Shown here: positions 35,710 through 48,200 of the stretch, in pieces | Layout: each line of letters starts with the position of its first letter | Position numbering within the stretch: position 1 is the stretch's first letter | Assembly (NCBI GenBank): GCA_964199315.1 | Contig: OZ116709.1 | Location: 5,580,001 to 5,644,000, forward strand | DNA length: 64,000 bases | Direction of reading: 5' to 3' | Origin: Orbicella franksi | Taxonomy: Eukaryota | Notes under the pieces: model-generated | What the model was told of the DNA's origin: nothing | The model's database searches: none | Seen by the model: only the letters and a program-made list of their open reading frames with translations | Made by a program: the position numbers and the translations under genes

Positions 35710-38700
35710 ATGAAAGTCTTGTCTTGGAAGTTCACCCTATTCACGATTGCGTTTGCTCTACGGGCTGAGAACGGAGTAGTCTCCCTCAACAAGACAGAAG
35801 TCAATGCCACTAACTCTGTTGTCAATACGACTGACTTCGTAGACGCGGTAGACTTGGAACAAAGCAGGGAAGCTGTTTTGGGTATGTCATCTATTTGCTC
35901 TTTAGTTTATTCACGTTACAGAGATGCAATCTTGCTAGCGTTAATGGTGTCACGGAGAAGTTAAGTGATTTTTTTTTTGTAACATGCTTGCTCAGTGAAG
36001 TAACGTTTTGAATTGTACCCGTGACTTCATTGTGCTACTTATCAATATAATTACAGCATGGAATTAAGATCCTTGCGATAGTGAAGGAAGTTTGTTACTA
36101 CTGCAAATGATGAAGTAACTGCAATAGTGGTACTCGGAAATAATGAAACACCGATTGATAACAATAATCTGTCGCTCAGTTGTTTCAATTAAGTACGTGC
36201 ACTGCGAGAAATTTTTGTGTTGTTTTCAAGTTGTGTCAGGAGAGCGCGGATGAAAGCGGTCTTCACTGAGTCATCAATAGTTTTGATGGAGGAAAAATGA
36301 ATGACAGAAAATCCAATGTGCATAAAAAAAGAGAACGCATCAGAAACACGAGGTACGGAAATTCACAAGCACTCATGATGATTGTAAAATGTTGCTATCT
36401 TAAGCAGTTGAAAGCAAATGCATATCCGGTCTAGTCTTAAGAAATCCAGGAGATGAAAGATTTTGGTATTTTCGCATAAAAAGCAATTTAAATCTCAAGT
36501 TCTGCATTGTTTGAAGCACGCACGTAACAACATTTCTTCCTCCAAACTTTCGTACATTGTCAGTTATCCAGCTGAAAATGTTTATGGATTCAGTGAGCTG
36601 CACTTTTTGACCAATGACCTGAAACAACTTATTTACATTCTTCATTGAGTGTTTTTCTTTTCGTTACTGTTATTTATTTTGGGAGGGGGGATTTGAATAA
36701 AACCTGACACCTGGAGTTCGTCGAGATCACTGAGTTAGCTTCAATTATTGCACTGAGTTGCAAGGCAGTATGACGGTCGTTTCCAGCGAAACAGTGTAAC
36801 AGCGAAGGTACGATGCACTATAACAAAGCTTCTCGTGATTTCCCTTATTTGCACCTTGGCATCATGTGGGCTGGAAATTGGAAACATTCGTTCAGTTGCA
36901 GGAAGTGAATTAGAGTATCGATAGAGTAGTATTTGTCAATACCTACAAGTGGCCAAAATTGCCTCACGTTCAAGTTGTTTGCCCCAGGCAGATATGAGAT
37001 TCAAACCTAGTGACCCCACAGACTTGGCATACTCGTTTTTTAGACAATACCGGGTTCTTTTACACGAGTAGCATACCTCAAAAAACACTTCCGTAACCCA
37101 TGATCTGCAAAGGAAAACATTGTTATCACCGCTGCACTGAATGAAAATATCCTAGCGCGGTGATGTAGCTTCGAATCTATAGGATCCTAGGGTATTCAAA
37201 GCGCTTGCGATACATGATGTACACCTGGAGTATTCAAGGATGTTTCACACTTGCAATATTCGAGTCGAATTCGGAAGAACAGGCCGGGTTCTAATAAGTC
37301 TATTTCTAGTCGGGCGTCTTTGAATACCTCAGAATATTTCGGTAATACGCGGCGTGCGCCGATCCGTATTCGAACGAATTCGGGCCAGAATATTGATATT
37401 TGGCTCTTTGCTCAGTGCACGACATGAAACAAGTAAAGAATTTTACGAGGTACAAAATGATTCTTTACATCATCAAGAAGTTTATTAATATTATTTTTTT
37501 TTTAATTTGACAATCAAGGAGGTTCTTCTTGAAGATTAATCGTGTTATAGAAAAGACTATCCAGTTACGAAACATGCGTAAACGTGTCTGGCGATGACAG
37601 AGCTAATGTGGTAAATTGAGTGTGAAGTGGGCGCGCACAGGCAAGCCGGTGAGTTGACAGATCTTCCCGACCAAAGGCTGGAAGACTAATTATTTTACGT
37701 GCACAGAAAGTTTTTTTTTAATTTCTTTTTTGTTTGAGTAAAACGTGAGAACGTTACGTGAAGTCAGGACTCTGCGTGAAGTAGACTCTGTCCTGCTCAG
37801 TCAGAGCGAAGGTTGATATCTTATATACTAATTTCAACGTACTCTGAGTTTGGCGTTATGAGCAAATCAACACGAGTTTCAAATTACCGCACCCATACAG
37901 CTAAACGAATGTCCCAATTTACAATTCTGCTCTGTAGAAAATTATACCCTGTCCTAATTTCCCAAAACGCACCCCTTGGACAGATATCGAATCCGTCTGG
38001 GAGTCGAGAGAGTGACAGAAATCTAAAGTAGGTGCTCCGTGAACTTTAACGCGATCCGCATCGGCCACGCATGGAAAAGCCTCCCTCTGCGAAATGCAGT
38101 AAACGCCCGCTTATAAGAACCTACATTTACAACTCAGCCTGCATGAATTGTTTCTTAAATATCGAGTGTTCAGTGGGAAATCAGGCTGATAGGTTCTTAA
38201 TTAGGTTTTTATTTTACAACTACACTAAACAGCACACATCTCATATTGCTGGCCCCAGTTGTTAAAGTGTGTATAACGCTAGCTATCCACCGCATAAATC
38301 ACTATGCAGTGTAGCCTACGTGTAGCCGTACCCACCCCCCGAGGAAAAACGGGAGGGAGGGAACGTCTACGAAGAGCTGACACGAATCGTGTTATGTGAC
38401 GTCACAGTAATTTATGTAAGTTATGCAAACAAATTATATTTCCTGTCTGTACTCGTGTCCTCGCGCAGACAAAGGCCTCGTAAATATTTATTCTTTGGAG
38501 TTTATTTGCAAGTCAATGTCCCTTTTCAGTCCCCTTTTCAAGTGTATATTGTGTTTTAAAGAGATTGAAAAGGATTACGGGCGATGTTTGGTCCAAAGCA
38601 AGAAGAAGACAATCTTTGATGTAAACGTCGCGCTCGCAAATTTGGAGTTCCATGTGTACGCTACATCAGAGGACATTTGTAGGCAGTGTCATGTTCTCCT

Positions 38701-41700
38701 CAAGAAGAGAAATAATTTGCAGGAGAACCTGGAAGAATTACAAAAATCTATGAGAATCAACTACGCCACAAGTTTGAAGAAAGTTGGCCTTGTTTTCCAG
38801 CCGAAAAATTCGCTAGAATGCGCGAATTTAAGTTCGAAGAGGTTGACTAGCCTAAGCGACCTCTGCGGTTCATGACATTTGTACATTTGCCGTTCTCTGT
38901 TCGGTCACTTGACCTTTTTTGTCGCTTCACTCGTGTGTATGAAGGGCACTTCATGTTGTCTAATAAGAAGGAATTTTGAGTAAAGTTGAGCCGTTAGATC
39001 GTGCTATGGCAAATTTTTAAAGGTCATAGGTCTGCATAGTTTCCGCTGTTATCTGCATGTCGCTTCGTAGAGTTTGACACCTCTGTAATTTTCCATGTGT
39101 TTATGCATTGTTTAGGCTCATTTCTATTGCAAGATATGCTCTCAAGTCTCCACGAATTTGCTTTTGGGGGACAAAATATGAAATTTACCGTGAACATGTT
39201 GCTTTATACTTGCATTCTATATCGTGACGCCGGGCCCGGCTGTGATTAGAGCTGTTTTTACAAGTACAGTAGGAAGATCCTTATCACGCATATCATATTT
39301 GTTGTTGGTCATTCTGGCACCACATCATTCAAATGTAGCTGTTTACGCGCAAGTCTGTTGACTGTTTTGCGTGTTGTATATGCCATTGTTCGGCTTAGTT
39401 CAGGCAAGACCATGGTTTCGATCCTCCATGCGGATCTCATCAGTTGCCGGTATTTCTAAAATGCTCAGAACGTCTGTAGTTGCCACTTACTAGCGCAACT
39501 CTAAACTCGTACAGATGTGAGAATGTGAGACATTTTGCGGCTTGGCACAAATCTATTTTAGCCAATTAGTATTCTCGAAAGTATTGCTCGCGGTCTTTAT
39601 CCAATAAGGAACCATTATATATTTCCGTGCAAAAGCGTGACGTCACATAACACGATTCGTGTCAGCTCTTCGTAGACGTTCCCTCCCTCCCGTTTTCCCT
39701 CGGGGGGTGGGTACGGCTACACGTAGGCTATATGCAGTGGATAGCATAGCGTGGTTTGTTTTGCCAACACTTCTACGCTGGATAGCGATTTATCAGGTAG
39801 ACAGTGTTATCGCCCCTTGGAACAACCGGGGCCTGGACTACAAGGGGGCTGAAAATTTAGATAACAGACAGGCAACTTGAAGGCGACTCAATGCATCAAA
39901 TAATAGTATTAGTACTCCTACAATGCCTGCTTTTTGAATTAACCTAATTGGGCTGATCTTACAAACAATAACTGTTTCAAATTTCAGGCTGAATAGGTTC
40001 TTATTTAGTGGGGGGCTAATTTCCAAATTTCAGCCTGTAGGTTCTTCACTAGGTTCTTCGACGTCACTCTATACTGTCTTCTGTTTCGAACTGAAAGAAG
40101 ACTCTTCGAAAGAAATCTTTGCCAGGAGGAAGGACAAAATGTCTCGGACATATTCTTCGGTTGATATGAAGCATGTTCCTCCTCATGCTTTAAATGAAAA
40201 GCAATATTATGAGTAATAAATTCTTAGGCAGATCGCCTTTTAATTGTTTGTAGAGCCTACCGATTGCTTATCGCGCTACATTTCAAGCTCTTTCAGACTG
40301 AATTACTAGAGCAAGTTTCTAACTGCTGTTTACGCTATAAACAAGGTTAATTATTGTCATTTTGGCTTCATTTGCTCCCGGGGAGGCACTCCCTTATTAG
40401 GCTATGTACGTGCGACCCAAAAGTGTATGGGTTTTCAGCTGTTTTGGTCATAAATAGGGTATCGATTTTAGCCATTTTGGTCTAGCAAAGGGTATGGCTT
40501 TTGCACTCTAGTCTTGAATTGGGTATGTTTTTTAGAAGAAGCTACCTCTTCATCATTATCGAAAAGACATCAACAAAAGCCCTTTACAATGCCTTTAACA
40601 TCGGTCTGAACTAGGTAACTAATTACAAGGCAGGTTTGATTTTTAATAGTGATTAAAGGGTCAGGTCATAAATAGGGTGTCAAATTTTTGGTCAGGTCAT
40701 AGATAGGGTAGGGAAAATTGCAGTTTTTGGTCATAAATAGGTAAGGTTTTTTGGGAAGAGGCTCGTATACCCCCACCCCCGGGCATTTGCTACATGAAAG
40801 TTACCAGCAATCTCCCCCATGTCTTGGCAACTTAAGCACTACTTATACTTATAATGTGTTATTTAATTTTTAGAAGATGGAGGGTGTGATTTCGACGTGG
40901 ATTTCTGTAACTGGACCAATGATGCAAGCGGGGATGACTTCGACTGGATACGACTGAATGAAAAGACACCCAGCAGTAACACGGGGCCAACTGAAGATCG
41001 CGCAGGTCAAGGTAGGTGACTTAATACCCACTTTATATACAACTCACTATAGACAACATACAGTTAGGAGCTAAGAAAATTGTTGGCGATGAAAAAAAAA
41101 AATGCCTGCGACGAGTCTGTAGTTTATTCCTGAGGCAAATATAGTGATGAACCGACGGGAACATCGGCCGGTGGAACCAGAAAGCTTCTCATTACCGGTT
41201 CTGTTGACTCCAGTTTCTGTGGCAAGAGGCAATTAGCTAGCAACCACTTGCCTCCCTACCCCTCCCTCGATGAGATGTTGATCCATCAAACTTTTAAAAT
41301 AATTTGGAGCATTGAGTGCCAGGTAGTCTAAACAATTTTTAGGCGGCACACGTTTATACTTCTGAGTGAAGGGGGCTTTCTTGAGGGTCAAGTGCAAGGA
41401 CGTGTGCTGATAAAACGTGCTGGCTTCTAGACGAAGTTGTTTTTTTGTTGTTTTTGCTTGTCTCGAATATTGAGATATTGCTGAGAGGGTTAACTTGAAC
41501 TTAGTATGAGAAGCTGTCTGGCCTGAACATAATCTAACTGTGGCCTAAAATAGCCAGTCGTCTCTAACTCCCAGGTTAACACCACACTTGGCGTTTGTGC
41601 CGAGGCCGGGAGCCGAGTGAAACTTCAGGCTAGATGATAGCTTGAAAATAAGAATGGAGCAGGATGAATCTTTGATGTTCTAAATACATACAGTTTTTAC

Positions 41701-42161
41701 GCATCACAGCTGATTGCAGACTGATTTTTTTACTTACTTCTATTTGTTCCCTTTTGTGCTGAATCCATCAGGCTATTTATAATGATAAAGGCACATACTG
41801 CTCTTACAGACCTTGTGTCGCATTTTTGGAAGCATATTTAGGCCTTTTAATAACACTGAATGACAGAAATAATGTGAAACAAATATCTTCTGTAGGCTAC
41901 TTCATATACGCAGAAACATCTTGGCCACGGAAATCTGGTCAGACTACCCGTCTGGTTGGTGGCCCGTTTTCAGGAATAAAATGTATGCGTTTTTACTACC
42001 ATATGTACGGGAGACACATCGCGGATCTTCAGATCTACCTGAGCGAGGCTGGTATGCAGAGCTACATATGGGGGCGATACAAGAACCAAGGCAACACTTG
42101 GAGATACTCCAACGTTACTGTGTTTGGCAACAATTACACAGTAAGGACAAACAACGAAAGA

Positions 42162-42204
<43 letters not shown>

Positions 42205-45200
42205 GAAAAAGACATCCTTAATAACAGTTGATATAAAAGTCAGGATAACCAATGACTAGAGCGAGTGGGAAGGCAATGTGTTGTGTTGCGACTCAAAGTG
42301 TAAAAAACACCTGCCAGTGCTTCATACCAGGAAACGATCGAGTCTTACCTGTTTTAAAACTACAAAATCTAAGCATGCTCTCTGTTATTCTGTTTTTGTT
42401 CACGAGAATCATACTAAATGAACACATGTTTTAAAAGCTGATTACAACGATCTTCTTTTAGGTCATATTTGTCGCCAGAGTGGGCAAATCATACCAGGGA
42501 GATATTGCCTTGGACGATATCACGTTTGTGAACGGCACATGCGATGGAAAGAAGCTTAACTATGTACCAAGACCACGCAATGTGACGCTATTCCAAGAGA
42601 TTAAAAAGGGAGAGCCAGGTAATAATTAGCAAATCAATAGGTAAATACCAAATCTGACGTTTCAGCTTGGATCAAAACTGTCCAACTTGCTGCTAGCATG
42701 CGAACTTCAGAAACACACAAACGTGCGCGTATGGGAAGAGACGTTCAGTAAAAGATATAAAGCTGAATCAGCAGAACATTTGAAGGGCATGGAACTAATG
42801 ATTGAGTGTTAGTATTGAACTACTTATTAACCGAGAGCGAGATCTTTACGGGAAAATCTCAAACCGAAGCCCTTACCGTATTGACCGAGTGATGCCGAGG
42901 TCAATACGGCAAGGTCTCGCTTTGAGATTTTCCCCTAAAGACCAACCGCTCAAGGTTAATAAGTTGTTTATTATATGGCTTTTTGCTTTGGTTTTGCGGG
43001 CCCGTAATCGGCCCATGGGCATTACGGGAGAATATTGCCCTAGAACTAGCCAATCAGAGCGCGCGTTATATCGGCTACAAGCACAAGCCATAAAATAAAT
43101 TGCTCTGTTGACTGGTTGACTGAAAAAGTGAACGACGGCGAGTGATCGAGTGAATGCATGCATTCATGAAATAATGGACGGACAAGAAAGCGAACAAACA
43201 GACAGTACGAACAGCTAGACAGATGGATGGAAGGAAGGATGGGGAGAGGGGAGCGGGGGATGAGAGAGAGGAGGAGAATAGCTGAATAGATTGACCAATA
43301 TTTCAAAATACCTTCATTTTGAACCTCAATTACGTTTCAGGCACATGTGATTTTGATGGTGGTTTCTGTGAATGGATCAATCTGCCTCTCGGCGATCAGT
43401 TTGACTGGGCTTTGAACAGTGGAAAAACGGGAACGATGTTCACTGGTCCGGAAAAGGATCACACTGGACACGACGGTAACAATTTTTTTTTTTATATACA
43501 CTTTCAGGAATGGTTACATTTAAATATCAAATTCTTTCATATAGTGAGCCCGTTAACATGTGAGGATTTCAGATCACTTTTTGCAACTAAATTGCTTTTC
43601 TTCAAGTATCCTTTCGTGGCCGTCAAGATGTTTGTGTACCTCAACATGACTATAATAACAATGATAATAACTTTATTTAAGTATCAATGAGATTTAGCAT
43701 TGCTGCTAATTGGGGACACCTAAAAAAAGTTACAATCATCAGGACTATGTTCAAATTAAATTTTTAAAAGCCTATCTATCAAAATAAAAATACAAAAGAG
43801 TAGCCTTCTGAGTTTTGTTTTTATCAAATGTGTTTTTTTTTTCTTATGAGCTGGCTTGAAAGGGACTATTCGGTAAAATAAATGTTTATACATGCCTCGT
43901 CTGTAACCTCTGTACATTTGGGTCGTTGTCGTTTGCCATGGAAGGTAAAACGAGTACATTTTGTGCTACAACCTTCTTTCAAATATATAGCTGTTACTGC
44001 CGTTGCGAGAATCTCACTCTGTTTCCCTTTAGGAGCATATATCTTTATTGAGTCGTCTGAGCCTCAAAGGCACAGGCACTTAGCACTGCTTATGGGGCCA
44101 CGATTGTGTGGGAGAATGTGCTTGCAATTCTTTTACAACATGAACGGAAGGCGCATGGGAACACTAAATGTGTACAAAAGAGAAGGCATGCGAAGTGATG
44201 ACCTTTTATGGACCATGTCAGGAAACCAGGGAACGGATTGGCATGAGGCCCTAGTTGAGATCGGTGGAGCCTGTTACCAGGTACTTTCAATAACCAGCAA
44301 CCTTGTAATGGTATAGCTATGTTTTGTTCCCCTCGTGCAACAACTATTTCAATTATTTCCTACATAGGAGAGTACTTGGTACAGTACACAATGATGATGA
44401 TCAACCGGTAATCGGATTAGGTGCCTGGCCAAATTGAAAGTCGTCGGAATGTTTCTGATCCAATTAGGTGTCAACAGACCATATCCGAGTAGCCTTTTGC
44501 CTCTGAGTCAAAACTGGTCTGCGTGCTAAACCAGTCATACGAAAATGTGTTTCCACTACAGGTTCATTTTCATGCAAATCAAACTCATTTTCAGTTCAAG
44601 GTTTTGCACTAGGACTAGTTTTGAAACAGAGGCATTAGCTAGGTAATTCGGAAAGGCCTATTGGAAGTCAAGTTCTCCAGATACGTAAACCAGTTGTACT
44701 GTCAGGTTACGATCGCTTTCAAGAATCAATCTGATTATTCTCCAACTTATTGTCAAGGAATATTTTTGTGCTCAGTATAATGAATACTTGATACGTCCAA
44801 GAGATCACTGACTCAATGGGAATAATTGGCTGACAGTGTCAGTGACAAGAAATATGTATGGACAAGGATCAACCAATTATGTCTGAAAATTGACCATCAG
44901 CTAACCCTGTGAAATATATACTTAGCCTGATCATCACTGCTTCTGATCTGGTTGTCTCAAGACTAAATATCATCATAGAGATATTATAATCAAGGCGAAC
45001 TGTGACGCAAAAATTGAGGAATCTTGATACTGATTTTGGCGTAACGTGACACCTTTAAATGCCTCGTTTTTGTTTATTTCCATTCTAAAGCGTTTTATCT
45101 TCAGTTCAATACAAAGCGTATAGAGATTTGTCAAATATTATTATTCAAATTTGCAGATCATATTCGAAGGAGTGGTTGGGCCGACCTACTTGTCTGATAT

Positions 45201-48200
45201 TGCTGTAGACGACATTTACTTTAGCAAAGGAACCTGCTGCCAGCTAAAGCAGGAGTCATTCGACGCAGGTTTAATTGGTAAGTCACATGTTACAAATAAT
45301 CAAATTAATTTCTAGCAAGAATGATCTTGTGCATAGGTCTTAGTTGTGCTTCTTCTTATGTGCAATATCCTGCACCCTTCTTTTGAAGTGACCTCACTCA
45401 TAGCCCCAACGTACAAGTAAGAACAATACAAGTGAGAAAAAAAAAAACACTTTCTTAGTGTGCAAACCTACCAGATACCTAACAGATAACTTACCAGAAC
45501 CGACGGGAAGCAACTTATCCTTGCATACGTTCATATTTTAGTACAAAATGTCAGTTATCTGATATAATCAAGCTCGTATCCTGATGAACAGCATGCAGTT
45601 AAGTTGATTAATTCGATTAAAGGAGCTACGTCACGTTTGTGCATCTTGAAACGTTTAGGCTAAAGTTTTCAAATTCGTCGTTTGCAATCCTCATTGATCT
45701 TCTCCATCCTAAACCATCCTTGTTCCTGCAGTTTTATTACAATCTCATTGGTGCGTTTCTTTGTAGTAATGTTTTACGTGGCCAAAAGAACTCAAAATAA
45801 TGTGACTGAGCTCCGTATTTTCAGGCGTCTGTTATTATTTTCGTTCTCACCAGGAAACTGTACATTTGATGAGGGAATGTGTGAATGGATAAACGATAAA
45901 AGCGATGATTTCGACTGGCAGCTTATAGAGGGAGGAACGCCGAGCGAGGGAACTGGACCAACAGCTGGTTACAAAGGAGAAGGTCAGCAACTGTATTGAA
46001 TGCCTTGACCGTCTTTCCCAGAAGCCGTTCTGCTTTCTTTTTTCCGACCTCGCTGCTTTGCGGCTTGTCAATTTACGATGTGATTTTAAGGATTAAGGAG
46101 TTTATATAGTTGGTTGGCCAAAAATTTGACCTCCCGCACCCGGTGGAGAGGATTTGGGCTAATCCAAGATAGAAGTTAACACAATCTAATATTTTGGGCA
46201 GATGTTTGTTTCCGTTAATAACTTGTGACTGATGAGCTTCTTTAGGCTAGTTAAGGCTTTGACATTAAGCTCTTAAAATAAACAGAATTAATGATAAATT
46301 TGGCTCTAGTTTGCTGTAGCTTAATCTTTCTTTCCGCTAATAATGTTAATCATGTTAACTTGTGTCTTATGATTTTGACCGCCTCGCTTTGCGCTCTGTG
46401 GGGCATCCGTACAGGCGAAAGAGATTAAGTCAGTACTTAGAGAGAACTGCTTTTGCATGGCACTATCCAGTGCACAGTGGAATAAGTAAATTCAGTTTGC
46501 AAAAGAGTTAAGGTTGAACCTTACTTTTTGGAAGATCTAGAACTCAAATTAACCATTTTATGAGAGTTTTTTAAGAGTCCAACTTCCACCTTTGTTAAAT
46601 CTGACAGAGTTTTGGGAGGCTTAAAAAGGCAGATAGAAACTGCACACTCAGAACACTCCGATCAGAGCGAGAGAAACGGAAAAAAATCCGCGAAGCTGCA
46701 CCTAATTCTTATAGATGTACAATAATAAATCCACCTTCTTATTACCTCAACTGTCTAACCAGAAGAGGATCTCATTCAAAGTTTAACTGATCTTTCGCCA
46801 TAATTTGATTTCGTAGGTCAGTACCTCTATGTGGAATCTTCTGAGCCTCGCCGTTTTGGTGACAAAGCCACCTTGATCAGCGGCGTATTGAAGGGTCTAC
46901 AGTGCATGCGCTTCATGTATTACATGTATGGTCAAGACATAGGTTATCTGTCTGTTCATCGTTTTGGCGACGGGGTTATGAGGAGTCGGCTATGGCGTCG
47001 CAAAGGTGACCAAGGCGACAGATGGCACGAAGCACGTATTACCCTTCCCTGTGACTCGCCTTCATATATGGTAAACTGAGGAACTGATAACGATCATTCA
47101 GTCTATACTCTTCGATGTAAAAATATTCACAGCTTCCCACCCCGTGGCAATTTCCTATTTCATTGGATTCCTAGAGTAAGGAGTAATTTTTAAAAAGTTG
47201 TGAGATTTGTTACGATTGTAAGAATCCTTGCCACGACAAGCGACATCTTTGCCGAGTGGCAAAAATGCATTTTTGAAGTCGGTCTACATCTCTCAGTAGG
47301 TAAGCTTGCCTTTCACAACCAATGTTTCGTCACTTGAATCGCAACGCTTGAATCGTTTTCTTGTCAAAACTTATTAGCCTCAAGAAAAAGAAAATAGAAA
47401 AAAAGTAATCTAGCAAACTCAATTAAGAGGGTCCGGTGAAAGGTCGCTCTTCTTGGGAGTAACCAAAAGTTTGTGGCCTCTGGGATGAGAATGGTAAGGA
47501 GGGCAATACTTCTTTGGCCTTGCTCGCACTTCTTGACGTTCTGAACGGGAACTGCCCACAGTCCATGTTTTGAGACCTTTTTACAGGCAATAATTTGAAA
47601 GTACACACTGTAACGACGTAAATTTCATAACTTAATGTTCTGAATGGATACTGTAATTTTTTAGATACAAATTGAAGCCGTGATTGGTGTTTGGAGGAGC
47701 GATATTGCTATAGACAACATTGAGTTCACCAAGGGGACGTGTCCACCGTTTACGCCAACTACTATTTCTCCAACGACTCAAAAGATGGTGACATCTACGC
47801 CGACGATACCGTTTCACTTGCTCTCCGAAAGTAAGCCTGACTCTCATAGTACATTCAGTCACTCATCGATCCCTTGTTAACTTGTCACCTCTGGTACTGT
47901 GTCAGATCCCATCCTTCGTTCGTTTTAATGATTACTCAACGAATTCGCGTTGGACATGAACTGATCTCAAGTCCAACAAATATGTCATATTACCATCAAC
48001 GTCATCACTGCACTACCACCAACATATCCTCAAAAGCTTACTTCGCAGTCTATTTTTATCATTCTCAAACTAAGGTAAATTTATCAATGATTTCATTTTC
48101 TTCAATGCATGCCAATTTGCTGATTTTCCACATTCTTTTCACTATTGTTCAGTTTTCTGATGTAACTTCATTCTCTTACTTTCTAGATAATTGTTCGTTC

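Larger units (their letters stand above)
38251..39833. mobile_element. Short palindromic MITE split by the 1.4-kb TIR element
   Basis: GGCCCCAGTTGTT...CTATCCAC..ATAAATCAC (38251-38311) and GATAGCGATTTATC...AACAACCGGGGCC (to 39833) form one inverted-repeat element once the insertion and one TSD are removed. Confidence 0.75.

Noticed and set aside
41970-42221. Poly-Asn and poly-Ile ORF extensions
   Set aside because: Translation of the intronic (AAT)n; the real exon ends at 42140.
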